A DNA stretch of 42,313 nucleotides from an uncultured Prevotellaceae bacterium (lineage in GTDB: Bacteria > Bacteroidota > Bacteroidia > Bacteroidales > Bacteroidaceae): assembly GCA_902766505.1 (NCBI GenBank), contig CACXDY010000350.1, forward strand, positions 1 to 42,313, in the 5' to 3' direction. Position numbers and translations under genes: made by a program. Shown one piece after another: positions 1 through 10,022 of this stretch (its first letter is position 1; the number at the start of each line of letters is the position of its first letter). The notes beneath the pieces were generated by a model that worked only from the letters and a program-made list of their open reading frames with translations, ran no database searches and was not told where the DNA came from.

Positions 1-15
1 CACATCATGATTGGT

Positions 16-3000
16 TTATATGGCCATTAGCCTTTGCTGATAAGCATTGTAGAGCGTGTTCAACTTGTTGGCATGACTCTGACTCCAGTCCTTGTCAAAC
101 TCGTCTATGGCCTGAAGAATTGCCTGCATGATGTAGACATGCATGTCGCAGTCACGCTTGGAAGCGGCCAGATAGCCCTGGTCTTGTGAGATATACCAAG
201 CTAAGTGCTGCTCGGAATTCTTCCATATCTCATTGGCAATCTCTGTTGCTCGTTTCTTGTTGCCTACGGCACTCCAAGCAGTCAGCAGGTCAAGACCTCC
301 GCTCATGTAGTCCATCGGAATGTTGTACTCGGGCATCTCTTTGTCGCAGCGCTCAAGCACTTTCTTTGCCTTCTCCGTCTTTCCCTCGTTGAGTAGGGTC
401 GTTGCCAATTGTCCGAACAGACGGCGGTGAGTGGCGCACATTCGCATGATGGTCTGGTCCAAATACAACCCACGCTGGTCAAGACCGCCATATTTGAACT
501 TGTTCATCATGGCATCGTAGGTCTTTTCGGAGTCGAATCTTGCATCTGGATTGCCCGCCGTGGTGAATGGGGTCATGCGGTTGACAAGTCCTTCATGGAT
601 GAAGTTGTCACCGAGATTCATGTAGTTCTCCTCACCTACGGTAATAGCAACGTAGATAGGACGCGTCCAGTTGGCGTTCGAAATCATCTCGAGCATCATC
701 AAATCGCCTTTGCCCAAACTGCGGCGGCCTTCAAGTGAGATGACCATATGCTCGGGGATTTCCTCATCTACTATCTTCATACCGCTCTTGAGTACGGCAT
801 CCTTGTCTATGCTCATCAGCAGGGTGTCGGTGGGCACAACGTGACTGTCGTCCTCAAGTCCTACATATCTCAGAACACTGTTCTTCACCATGCGCTGTGC
901 ATCGGTAACATCACCACGAACCCATACCTTCAGCACATTCTTCAGTTCGAACGGATTGTTGCCAAGGGCTTTCTGAGCATCCTCGGGGAATTTCTCGTAA
1001 AGTTCCATGATGGCATCCTTCAATTCTGGACGGACGGCTACCACATCGTTGGTTCCTGAACAGTAGTCGATACGGGGCCAGGTAATGGGCACTGGAGGTG
1101 AGTCATAGGCCGGACGCAACATCTGGTCGATATACCAGTCTGTCTGGAGATAACTAAGGTTGCAGACGCGGGCATCGGTACGCTTGCCTTCCGTTTCCTG
1201 GTTGTACCAGAGGGGGAAGGTGTCGTTGTCTCCATTGGTATAGATAATGGGATAATTGTTTTCCTGAAGCGACATCAGGTAGTTGTATCCGAAGTCGCGA
1301 CAGGTGTAGCGGCCGCTGCGGTCATGGTCATCCCATGTCTGGCTGGCCATTTGGATAGGTACGGCCAGACAGGCTAAGGCTGCCACTGCTGCTACCGCTG
1401 TTTGGCGAAGACCGAGTTTGCGCAACCAGTCGATGATGGCAGCAACACCAAGACCGCACCAGATGGCAAACGCATAGAAGGAACCTGCATAGGCGTAGTC
1501 GCGCTCTCGTGGCTGGTTGGGAGTCTGGTTCAGATAGAACACAATGGCAAGACCTGTCATGAAGAACAGGAAGAATACCACCCAGAATTGGCGGATGCCG
1601 CGCTCACCCCGCAGTGCTTGCCAAACCAGTCCCAGAATACCCAGCAATAAAGGCAGACAGTAGAATACGTTATGCCCCTTGTTGCCGGAAGGATTGCTCA
1701 CGGCATCATATTTCTTCAGTGTATCGGGCAATTTGCTTTGGTCGCCAATGCCAAGCAGGTGGTTGTCGATGAATGGGATGCCGGTAATCCAGTTGCCGTG
1801 CTCTCTCTCTCCATATCCTTGTTGGTCGTTTTGACGGCCGGCGAAGTTCCACATGAAGTAGCGCCAATACATGAAATTGCATTGATAGGCTACAAAGAAC
1901 TTCAGATTGTCCAAGAACGTGGGTATCTTAATGTCTCCCTGACCATAAGCCGATGGCACCATCTTGCCTTTCACATCGATGATGCTCTCATACATGCTGG
2001 CATGCTGTGAGGAATACATACGGGGGAAGAACATGTTCTGTACGTATTCGGGTTGCTGCTTCCAGTCCACAATGAAATATCGGTCGGGCTCATCGGCTGA
2101 TGCCTTCTCGCGGCGTTGGTAGATGGGAGAACTCTTGCTCATCTTCACATAACCGTCGTCACTGGCTGCATATTCTGAGTTGTAGGATTGACCATAGAAC
2201 AGTGGCCGGTAGCCATACTGGTCGCGGCTCAGATAGTTGCCGAGGGTGAAGATGTCCTCTGGGGAGTTCTGGTCCATGGGAGGATTGGCTGATGAACGTA
2301 TCACAATCACAGCATAGGTGGAATAGCCTATCATCAGCATCAGCAGACACAGCAATGTGGTATTTTTCACGCGGGTAGAAATGAGCAACTCACCCTTGCG
2401 CTTCAAGCGGAGAACAATCCAGAGAATGCCCAACAGAATGATACCTGTAAAGGCGGCATAGAGTCCATAACCATAGAAGGGGATACCGAGCATGGCAATG
2501 GCGGCTATGAAGGAAATGTTCTGGCGCATCAGACTATGGTCGTTGTATGTCTCGTAGATGGCCCAGATTACAGTGGCGACCAACAACACGAGATAAACGA
2601 TGACACCTGTGTTGAACGGGCAATTGAGGACGTTGACAAACAACAACTCGAACCAACCACCCACTGTGATAATGCCGGGGACAACACCATAAAGCACTGC
2701 GGCAACGATGGCAAACGAAAGGAAAAGCACCAACAGCGAACCTTTAAGATTGGCATTCGGACTCTTGCGGTAATAGTAAACCAGCACAATGGCAGGAATA
2801 CAGAGCAAGTTCAACAAGTGTACACCAATTGACAATCCGGTCATATAGGCTATCAGCACAAGCCAACGGTCACTGTGGGGCTGGTCGGCTTCGTCTTCCC
2901 ATTTGAGAATCAGCCAGAACACCACAGCCGTGAAAGCAGAGGAATAAGCATAGACCTCTCCTTCTACTGCACTGTACCAGAATGTGTCGCTGAAGGTGTA

Positions 3001-3390
3001 AATCAAGGCCGCCACAAGACCTGAGGCCTCGATGGAGATGAGTTTTTGAGTGGTGAGTTTACTCCAGTCTTCCAGTATGAGCTTTCGGGTCAGATGGGTG
3101 ACCGTCCAGAACAAAAACATGATGCAGGCTGCGCTGAGCAACGCATTCATGATGTTGACCATCCAAGCTACTTGGCTCGGGTCACTGGCAAACTGTGAGA
3201 ACAAGTTCGCTGTAAGCATGAAAAAAGGTGCACCTGGTGGGTGGCCTATCTCAAGTTTGTAACCAGTGGTGATGAATTCCGGACAGTCCCAGAAACTGGC
3301 TGTCGGCTCAACGGTGCAACAATAGACGATGGCGGCAATAAGGAATGTAAGCCAGCCCATCACATTGTCCACTAATCTGAACTTTTTCAT
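16..3390 (-). CDS. DUF2723 / TMEM260-like multi-pass membrane glycosyltransferase (GT-C fold), candidate protein O-mannosyltransferase
   Basis: 1124-aa ORF. N-terminal motifs SFWDCPEF, EIGHPPGAP, FWYSAVEGEVY and GLSIGVHLLNLL; many TM segments; later QPRERDY and NGDNDTFPLWY motifs; C-terminal TPR-like helices. Confidence 0.85.
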   Translation of the reverse strand: MKKFRLVDNVMGWLTFLIAAIVYCCTVEPTASFWDCPEFITTGYKLEIGHPPGAPFFMLTANLFSQFASDPSQVAWMVNIMNALLSAACIMFLFWTVTHLTRKLILEDWSKLTTQKLISIEASGLVAALIYTFSDTFWYSAVEGEVYAYSSAFTAVVFWLILKWEDEADQPHSDRWLVLIAYMTGLSIGVHLLNLLCIPAIVLVYYYRKSPNANLKGSLLVLFLSFAIVAAVLYGVVPGIITVGGWFELLFVNVLNCPFNTGVIVYLVLLVATVIWAIYETYNDHSLMRQNISFIAAIAMLGIPFYGYGLYAAFTGIILLGILWIVLRLKRKGELLISTRVKNTTLLCLLMLMIGYSTYAVIVIRSSANPPMDQNSPEDIFTLGNYLSRDQYGYRPLFYGQSYNSEYAASDDGYVKMSKSSPIYQRREKASADEPDRYFIVDWKQQPEYVQNMFFPRMYSSQHASMYESIIDVKGKMVPSAYGQGDIKIPTFLDNLKFFVAYQCNFMYWRYFMWNFAGRQNDQQGYGEREHGNWITGIPFIDNHLLGIGDQSKLPDTLKKYDAVSNPSGNKGHNVFYCLPLLLGILGLVWQALRGERGIRQFWVVFFLFFMTGLAIVFYLNQTPNQPRERDYAYAGSFYAFAIWCGLGVAAIIDWLRKLGLRQTAVAAVAALACLAVPIQMASQTWDDHDRSGRYTCRDFGYNYLMSLQENNYPIIYTNGDNDTFPLWYNQETEGKRTDARVCNLSYLQTDWYIDQMLRPAYDSPPVPITWPRIDYCSGTNDVVAVRPELKDAIMELYEKFPEDAQKALGNNPFELKNVLKVWVRGDVTDAQRMVKNSVLRYVGLEDDSHVVPTDTLLMSIDKDAVLKSGMKIVDEEIPEHMVISLEGRRSLGKGDLMMLEMISNANWTRPIYVAITVGEENYMNLGDNFIHEGLVNRMTPFTTAGNPDARFDSEKTYDAMMNKFKYGGLDQRGLYLDQTIMRMCATHRRLFGQLATTLLNEGKTEKAKKVLERCDKEMPEYNIPMDYMSGGLDLLTAWSAVGNKKRATEIANEIWKNSEQHLAWYISQDQGYLAASKRDCDMHVYIMQAILQAIDEFDKDWSQSHANKLNTLYNAYQQRLMAI

Positions 3391-3418
3391 ATGAATCGTA
3401 ATAAAAATATCTGAAAGG

Positions 3419-3426
3419 CAAAATTA
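3419..3426 (-). promoter_or_regulatory. Bacteroidetes sigma-A -7 element (TAATTTTG) for the DUF2723 gene
   Basis: Matches TAnnTTTG about 30 nt upstream of the ATG at 3390. Confidence 0.6.
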
Positions 3427-3548
3427 ATAATTTTCGGGCATTTTACCGACCCTCTTAACTGATATTTTGGCTTGATGGCTGATTTTTGACTTTTTTTCGC
3501 TTTTACAATCTATTCTTCAGCTTTTTCAAGTGGATGACATCTTCGTTT

Positions 3549-4304
3549 TCAGTGTTCCTTCAGGATTCGGTGAGGCATGGCTCCGTGACCTATCAAGTCG
3601 ATGGGACAACCATAATATTTGCGTAGCCAGTGGGTGTCCACCTCGGAAGAAGGATGGTAATGTATGTCGTGATTCACGCAGGCGATACTCTTGACGTTTT
3701 GCAGCACGGAACCTATGTCGTGGCTCACCATGACAATGGCACTTTCCTCGTTGAACTGGCTCAGCATCTGGTACATCTGATGTTGAAAATGATAATCAAT
3801 GTAAGTGTTGGGCTCGTCGAGCATGATAACATCGGGACGGGAGACTACCGCACGTGCCAACAACACCCGCTGAAGTTGACCACCACTCAATTCGGAGAGT
3901 TGGGTCCGACGGAGGTCACTGAGTTCAAGACGTTCTATCGTTGTGGTAAGCCGTGATTCCTGCTCTTTGGTGAAACGGTGGAAAAGTGATTTCTCTATGC
4001 CGAGGCCGGAACGTACAACTTCTTCTACGCTAATGGGAAATTTCCTGTCAAGCTGTTGGTACTGAGGTAGGTAGCCAATGCGTGGCGAGGTGATGACTTC
4101 TCCGTCACGATAATAGGTGATGGTGCCGGAAGTGGGACGCAACAATCCCAGTATCAACTTCAGAAGGGTGGTCTTGCCTCCTCCATTGGGGCCGATGATA
4201 CCCAGGAAGTCGTGCTCGTAGACGGTGAGGTCTATGTCGGAAAAGACTTGCTTCCTTCCGTATCCAGCACTGACGTGGCGTAGTGTAATGAGTTCGCGGT
4301 TCAT
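3549..4304 (-). CDS. znuC: Zn/Mn ABC transporter ATP-binding protein
   Basis: Walker A GPNGGGKTT, signature LSGGQ, Walker B MLDEP, VSHD, His/Cys-rich C-terminus. ATGA overlap with the upstream solute-binding gene. Confidence 0.88.
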   Translation of the reverse strand: MNRELITLRHVSAGYGRKQVFSDIDLTVYEHDFLGIIGPNGGGKTTLLKLILGLLRPTSGTITYYRDGEVITSPRIGYLPQYQQLDRKFPISVEEVVRSGLGIEKSLFHRFTKEQESRLTTTIERLELSDLRRTQLSELSGGQLQRVLLARAVVSRPDVIMLDEPNTYIDYHFQHQMYQMLSQFNEESAIVMVSHDIGSVLQNVKSIACVNHDIHYHPSSEVDTHWLRKYYGCPIDLIGHGAMPHRILKEH

Positions 4305-5152
4305 TGGCTGAGAATTTGAGCTATATGTATCATTTCGGATGGCCAGTTAGGGTTCAGGGGATTAAAGGTCATGGGGACGGCCCCTGTTTCTTGGAGAATG
4401 GTCGTCGTATGACGATTGGCAAATTGTTCCTGCATCAGCAACACCTTGATGTTTTCTTGTCGGGCTTTGACAATCAGTTCCTGTATCTGGCGGGCCGATG
4501 GTTCGTGTCCTTCTTCTTCGATGGCCAATTGGAGAAGACCGTTCTCATGGGCAAAATAGGTGAGCGACGGGTGATAGACAATAAAACCTTTCTGATGGCA
4601 CCGGGCAAGCAAGCCTGTTACAACTTGTTCAGTGGAGTCGATAGTGGTCAGGAGGCGGGAGAGATTTTGGCGGAGCATTGCGCTGTCGGAAGGTAAGGCT
4701 TCCGTCAGTGCTTCGCAGATGTTGGTGGCCATGATGCGCGCGTTGGCGGTTGACATCCAGGTATGGGGGTCTTCATGGCCTTGTGGGGTCTTGAGAAGCG
4801 GGATTCCATTTGAGGCATTGCAAATGGCCATCTTGGGCGAGTTTTCCGTCAGTCGGCTGATCCAAGTGCGCTCGAAACCGATTTCCCCAACTTTTATATA
4901 GACGGCGCTTTGGGAAAGTTGCACCATCTGCTGCGCTGTGGGTTCATAGGTTTCTGGACTGCTCGTCGAGGGAACCATCGTCAGCACTTCATAGCGGTCG
5001 CCTGCTATCTGCTCTACAAAAAAACGTAGTGGCTCTATACTCACAGCAATGGTGGGCTGACTCTTCTCAGGATGATTGGTGCAGGAGAAGATGGCCGACA
5101 GCAGAATGGCCGACAAAAGGATGGGTATATGTTTGTGATGCTGATGAATCAT
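4301..5152 (-). CDS. znuA: Zn/Mn ABC transporter solute-binding lipoprotein (cluster A-I)
   Basis: Start reassigned to the ATG at 5152 (MIHQ...), followed by a lipobox IFSC. Motifs SPETYEP, DPHTW, YHPSLTYF, EEEGHEPS, NPL. Confidence 0.85.
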   Translation of the reverse strand: MIHQHHKHIPILLSAILLSAIFSCTNHPEKSQPTIAVSIEPLRFFVEQIAGDRYEVLTMVPSTSSPETYEPTAQQMVQLSQSAVYIKVGEIGFERTWISRLTENSPKMAICNASNGIPLLKTPQGHEDPHTWMSTANARIMATNICEALTEALPSDSAMLRQNLSRLLTTIDSTEQVVTGLLARCHQKGFIVYHPSLTYFAHENGLLQLAIEEEGHEPSARQIQELIVKARQENIKVLLMQEQFANRHTTTILQETGAVPMTFNPLNPNWPSEMIHIAQILSQ

Positions 5153-5168
5153 GTTGTATGGAGGGGCT

Positions 5169-5621
5169 TTAAAACAACATAGATGCGCCATAGGCGATGA
5201 AAACGTATCTGACCACCTTGCCCATGAATATACTGATAGCACTGATGACTGGATTGGCACGCATCAGACCCAGAACAATGCAAATGGCTGTGCCAATCAC
5301 GGGCAGGAACGCGAAAAATCCCATCCAGGCTCCACGGCTGCCCATGAATTTCTTGGCCTTGGCCATGCTTTCCTCACTGACATGCAGATAACGTTCAATC
5401 CATTCCATCTTTCCCAAATGTCCAATCCAATAGTTGAACATGCTGCCGCCCCAGTTGCCAATGGTAGCATAGATGAGCAACGGCAGTGGCTTCAGACCGA
5501 CAGCAATAAGCCCCATCATGACAGCCTCACTGCTGAAAGGGAGAAAACTGCCTGCTATAAAGGAAGATACGAACATGCCTGCATAACCATAGCTGACAAG
5601 AAACTCGATGAGGGAATCCAT
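5169..5621 (-). CDS. YqaA / DedA (VTT domain) family membrane protein
   Basis: Start reassigned to the ATG at 5621 (MDSLIEFL..). Motifs FIAGSFLPFSSE, GNWGGSMFNYWIG, FLPVIG, GKVVRY. Confidence 0.82.
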   Translation of the reverse strand: MDSLIEFLVSYGYAGMFVSSFIAGSFLPFSSEAVMMGLIAVGLKPLPLLIYATIGNWGGSMFNYWIGHLGKMEWIERYLHVSEESMAKAKKFMGSRGAWMGFFAFLPVIGTAICIVLGLMRANPVISAISIFMGKVVRYVFIAYGASMLF

Positions 5622-6538
5622 ATGTGATAGGCTATAATGAGAAGGGTAATCAGGATAATAGTGTGAAATGAGATGTTGGTGAGCCAAGTATGGGTCAACG
5701 TGAGATAATGGGCAATCAATGGACTGGTGTTCACTATCATGATGCTCAGCAGGATGATGTAATGCTGGGGCTGCAAGGCAAGGAAGAGGATGGTGGCCAA
5801 ATCCATCACGATAAATATTTCGTGAAGCAGCCGTGTGCGTATCTTGTCCTGATAGCCCCGGCGGGCATAATGGATGATGCCGACGAGAGCCAGAAAAGCC
5901 GTCCAACCGATGCCCACCCACTCGTGCTCACCTATCATGCTGTAATCACCAAGTTGATGAAACTCTCCCAAAGCATGGAAATGACCGAGCACCTTCTCTA
6001 TTCCAAAAAAATAGAGAATCAGTGGACTGGCTATCCAGTAGGGGGTGATAATACCCATCAGCGAGGCAAAGAAAGTCTTGGAGTTGAGTGCACGGAGACA
6101 AGTGCCCATAAGTATCCATAATAATGGAACAAAATACATGACCTGCACAAAAACCATGCTCGCCAAACCGAGACAGAAAAAACCATAGAATACCCAACCG
6201 GGTGATTCATGGTGCTGACTACAGTGGAACAGCATGAAATATAGGGCTATCATGCATAGTTGAATGATGCCCGTCTCCAACTGGGGGAAAATGAAGATGG
6301 AGGAGGAAACCAGCAACAGAAACAGGGAAGGGGTGGACTGACTGACAACACGCAACAACTGATTGATGTTGTTGAGCTCCAGAAACAAAATGGAGGAAAC
6401 CAACAGGCAAACGGCTTGTATCCATAAGCCTTCGGACACTAAGCCTGCCATGTAGCAGGATGCTCCCACTACAATGGCCGAGAGCGGAAGCATCAGCTTG
6501 CTCTCGGTCACCGTATTCTGAAATCTCTTGTAAGCCAT
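5555..6538 (-). CDS. Conserved Bacteroidales multi-pass membrane protein (DUF6427-like)
   Basis: 327-aa hydrophobic ORF between purD and the DedA gene. Motifs ELNN..LLR, GIITPYW, DKIRTR, SPLIAHY. Confidence 0.7.
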   Translation of the reverse strand: MAYKRFQNTVTESKLMLPLSAIVVGASCYMAGLVSEGLWIQAVCLLVSSILFLELNNINQLLRVVSQSTPSLFLLLVSSSIFIFPQLETGIIQLCMIALYFMLFHCSQHHESPGWVFYGFFCLGLASMVFVQVMYFVPLLWILMGTCLRALNSKTFFASLMGIITPYWIASPLILYFFGIEKVLGHFHALGEFHQLGDYSMIGEHEWVGIGWTAFLALVGIIHYARRGYQDKIRTRLLHEIFIVMDLATILFLALQPQHYIILLSIMIVNTSPLIAHYLTLTHTWLTNISFHTIILITLLIIAYHIWIPSSSFLSAMVMQACSYLPL

Positions 6539-6547
6539 CTCTGATGC

Positions 6548-7816
6548 TTATAGATCGCTGCCGATATCGCTACGGAAATACTTGTCGGTAAATGTTATCT
6601 TCTGTGCTTCTGTAAAACTCTTCTGAAGGGCTTCTGCCTTGTTGCTGCCATAACTGCTCACGGCTATCACACGACCTCCGGCGGTCACTACCTGGCCATC
6701 TTTCAATGAGGTGCCGCTATGGAACACAATAGAACCTTCCACGGTATCCAAACCATGAATGGGGTATCCTTTCTTGTAGGATTGTGGATAACCGCCGCTG
6801 ACAAGCATCACGCATACAGCACTACGCTCATCGGTTTCTACCTGATACTCATCGAGATTGCCTTGGGCTACTCCCTCAAACAAGTCGACAATGTCGCTCT
6901 TCAACCGCAACATCACGGTCTCTGTTTCGGGGTCTCCCATGCGGCAATTGTATTCTATCACTTTGGGATTGCCATCCACATTGATGAGACCGAAGAAGAT
7001 AAATCCTTTATAATCAATGTTCTCTGAGTATAAACCCTCTACCGTTGGACGAACAATGTCGTTCTCCACTTTCTCCATCCATTCTCTGGTGGCAAAAGGA
7101 ACTGGACTGACACTGCCCATTCCGCCGGTATTCAGGCCGGTATCGTGCTCGCCGATACGCTTGTAGTCTTTGGCCTCGGGGAGCAATTGATAGTGCTTCC
7201 CGTCTGTCAGGGCGAAAACCGAACATTCGATGCCGCTGAGATACTCTTCTATGACCACACGGGCTGAGGCATTGCCAAACATACCGCCCAACATGTCGCG
7301 TAACTGTTGTTGGGCTTCTTCCAAGGTGTCGACAATCAGTACTCCCTTGCCGGCGCAGAGACCGTCGGCCTTGAGAACATAGGGGGGATTCATCGTTTCC
7401 AGGAATGCCAGTCCCTCAGAAAGACTGTTGCCGTCGAATGTCTGGTAGCGTGCGGTAGGGATGCCATGACGGGCCATGAAAGCCTTGGCGAAATCCTTGC
7501 TGCCCTCCAATACTGCTCCTTGTGCTGACGGACCAATAACGGGTATCGACGAGGTACGCTCATCAGCCTTGAAGGAATCATAGATGCCTTTTACCAATGG
7601 GTCTTCTGGACCTACCACCACCATCTGGATGTCATGGGTTGAGGCAAACGCTTTCAATGATTCGAAATCATCGACCTTGATGGGCACATTCTCACCTACT
7701 TGAGTGGTGCCGGCATTACCTGGGGCAATATACAATTTGTCTACTTTCTTGCTTTGGGCTATTTTCCAGGCGAGTGCGTGCTCACGGCCGCCACTCCCTA
7801 TTAACAGTATATTCAT
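6548..7816 (-). CDS. purD: Phosphoribosylamine--glycine ligase
   Basis: [56 protein letters not shown]. Confidence 0.97.
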   Translation of the reverse strand: MNILLIGSGGREHALAWKIAQSKKVDKLYIAPGNAGTTQVGENVPIKVDDFESLKAFASTHDIQMVVVGPEDPLVKGIYDSFKADERTSSIPVIGPSAQGAVLEGSKDFAKAFMARHGIPTARYQTFDGNSLSEGLAFLETMNPPYVLKADGLCAGKGVLIVDTLEEAQQQLRDMLGGMFGNASARVVIEEYLSGIECSVFALTDGKHYQLLPEAKDYKRIGEHDTGLNTGGMGSVSPVPFATREWMEKVENDIVRPTVEGLYSENIDYKGFIFFGLINVDGNPKVIEYNCRMGDPETETVMLRLKSDIVDLFEGVAQGNLDEYQVETDERSAVCVMLVSGGYPQSYKKGYPIHGLDTVEGSIVFHSGTSLKDGQVVTAGGRVIAVSSYGSNKAEALQKSFTEAQKITFTDKYFRSDIGSDL

Positions 7817-7844
7817 ATTGGTTGATTTTCTTACGGGTTGTGGA

Positions 7845-10022
7845 CTACTTCAGGTAATCCTCAAAATATTGGGTGATGCGTTCGTGCAGGTGAACACTCT
7901 TGCGTCCGCGCATATTGTGTGGCTCTCCTGGATAAACGAAGAAATCGGGCTGAGTGCCGGCTTTGATGCAGGCATCAATAAACGACAAAGCATGCTGAGG
8001 AACAACGGTCTTGTCGTTCATACCTTGAATAATCTGCAGTTTACCCTTGAGGTTGGGGGCTTGATTGAGAAGGGAGGTCTTCTCGTAGCCTTCAGGATTG
8101 GTCTGCGGCGTGTCCATATAGCGTTCGCCGTACATTACCTCATACCATCTCCAGTCAATCACCGGACCACCGGCGACGCCCACCTTGAAAATCTCGGGAT
8201 AGTGGGTCATCAGGGTTATGGTCATGTAGCCGCCGAAACTCCATCCATGAACACCTATCCTGTCGGCATCCACATAGGGCAGACTCTTGAGATAGTTCAC
8301 ACCGCACATCTGGTCTTCCATTTCTATTTGACCCAATTGCCGGAATGTCGCTTGCTCGAATGCAAGTCCTCGGTCTTTGCTGCCTCGGTTGTCGAGAATG
8401 AAAAGCAGATAGCCTTTCTGAGCCATATAACTCTCCCAGCCGCGGGAATAATAATGCCAGCGGGCTTCCACATTGCGGGCATGGGGACCGCCATACACGT
8501 AAATCACAGTGGGGTATTTGCGTGAAGGGTCGAAATTGGTGGGCTTCACCATTCTGTAATACAGGTTGGTCTGCCCGTCGGCTGCTTTGATGGTTCCACA
8601 ACTGAATTCCGGCACGTCATAGCCTTCCCATGGGTCTGGAGCTGTAAAAAGGATTTTCTCCGTACGGTTTCCCAATGAGAGAAGGGAAATGTTGCGCGGT
8701 ACATCTGGTTCTGTATAGTTGTCGTAGATGTATTCTCCTGAGGAAGATAATATGCTCGTATGTCTTCCGTCTGCTTGCCACACATTGCCGTGACATCCGC
8801 GGCCATTATCGAGCAACGTACGTTTTCCGTTGGAGAGATTCACCATGTAGAGGTTGTTCTGGATAGGGTTGGCCTCTGTCGAGAGAATGACGGCGCATTT
8901 GCGTTTCTTGTTGAATCCCACCAAATCTAAAACTACCCAGTCACCCTTCGTGATTTGTTTGATTTGATGGCCATTGACATCCATCAGGTAGAGGTGGTTG
9001 TAGCCGTCTTTTTGACTTTGGAGGATAAACTGACTGCTGTTCCACGGAAGGAAGGTGATAGGCGTAAGCGGCTCGGTATAACGGTCGTTGTGCTCGCTGT
9101 ATATCACTCCCTTGCGCTTTCCGCTCACGGCATCGTAGACGGTCAACTCCATGTCGGTCTGGTCGCGGTTGAGCTCCTGTATGTATATCTGCTTGGAATC
9201 GGGCGACCAGGCAATGTTGGTAAGGAAACGGTCGGTGGTGTCTCCTGTGTCCAGATAGATGGTCTTGCCACTATGGGCGTCATAGACTCCGACGGTCACA
9301 ATATGACTGGTCTCGCCTGCCATCGGGTATTTATCGGGCTCCTCTGTGGCAATACGTGTGTCCGTGTTGACCTGAGGATAGTCTGTCACCATGCTTTGGT
9401 CCATGCGGTAGAATGCGAGGAGGTTTCCGTTGGGACTCCAGAATGTACCTTTCCAAATGCCCCATTCGTCACGATGGACACTCTGACCATAGACAACCTC
9501 CCTACTGCCGTCAGAGGTGATTTTGGTCACCTTGCCGTTCTTGTCGGCTACACACAACTGATTGTCTTTCACGAAGGCAAGGTTTCTTGAGACAGCGCTC
9601 CAGTCACTCGTCTCATAACCGGAGGTCTGGCTCCATACCACTTTGTTTTTCTTCCAGTCATACAGTATCCGGCAGTCTCTATTGTCTATCATGACAAGGG
9701 TGCTGTCGGGATAGGGAAACTCGGATGAATACAAACTCCTGACGGCATCGCTTTCGCCAAGCTGGCTGTTCAGGTCGCTCAAAAGGAAAAGCACATGGCT
9801 GTCACCCTTTGAGGGGTTGATGACCGTGCATTGCTCCTGCTCGTTTTTCACAAGCTGGTTTCCCCACCACGCATAGTTTTCTGTGGCCGGGTTCATTTGG
9901 CGGTAGTTCTTCCCGCCGTAATTCAGTTCCTCAAGGGTTAGCGGTTTCTTTTGAGCCATAGTCGTCACGCAAAGTGTGGCTAAGCATATCGCCAACACTG
10001 TTTTCAAGGGTCTATTCATCAT
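7845..10022 (-). CDS. ptpA: S9 family peptidase with DPP-IV-type beta-propeller; prolyl tripeptidyl peptidase-like
   Basis: Start reassigned to MMNRPLK at 10022, giving a signal peptide ending TTMA-Q. Catalytic GWSFGG, DKTV, EPH. Segment [29 protein letters not shown] resembles Porphyromonas PtpA. Confidence 0.8.
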   Translation of the reverse strand: MMNRPLKTVLAICLATLCVTTMAQKKPLTLEELNYGGKNYRQMNPATENYAWWGNQLVKNEQEQCTVINPSKGDSHVLFLLSDLNSQLGESDAVRSLYSSEFPYPDSTLVMIDNRDCRILYDWKKNKVVWSQTSGYETSDWSAVSRNLAFVKDNQLCVADKNGKVTKITSDGSREVVYGQSVHRDEWGIWKGTFWSPNGNLLAFYRMDQSMVTDYPQVNTDTRIATEEPDKYPMAGETSHIVTVGVYDAHSGKTIYLDTGDTTDRFLTNIAWSPDSKQIYIQELNRDQTDMELTVYDAVSGKRKGVIYSEHNDRYTEPLTPITFLPWNSSQFILQSQKDGYNHLYLMDVNGHQIKQITKGDWVVLDLVGFNKKRKCAVILSTEANPIQNNLYMVNLSNGKRTLLDNGRGCHGNVWQADGRHTSILSSSGEYIYDNYTEPDVPRNISLLSLGNRTEKILFTAPDPWEGYDVPEFSCGTIKAADGQTNLYYRMVKPTNFDPSRKYPTVIYVYGGPHARNVEARWHYYSRGWESYMAQKGYLLFILDNRGSKDRGLAFEQATFRQLGQIEMEDQMCGVNYLKSLPYVDADRIGVHGWSFGGYMTITLMTHYPEIFKVGVAGGPVIDWRWYEVMYGERYMDTPQTNPEGYEKTSLLNQAPNLKGKLQIIQGMNDKTVVPQHALSFIDACIKAGTQPDFFVYPGEPHNMRGRKSVHLHERITQYFEDYLK

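Noticed and set aside
5622-5921. His-rich N-terminal extension of the DedA ORF (similar extensions on znuA and gtrA)
   Set aside because: Off-frame read of the upstream gene; family similarity begins at the internal ATG.
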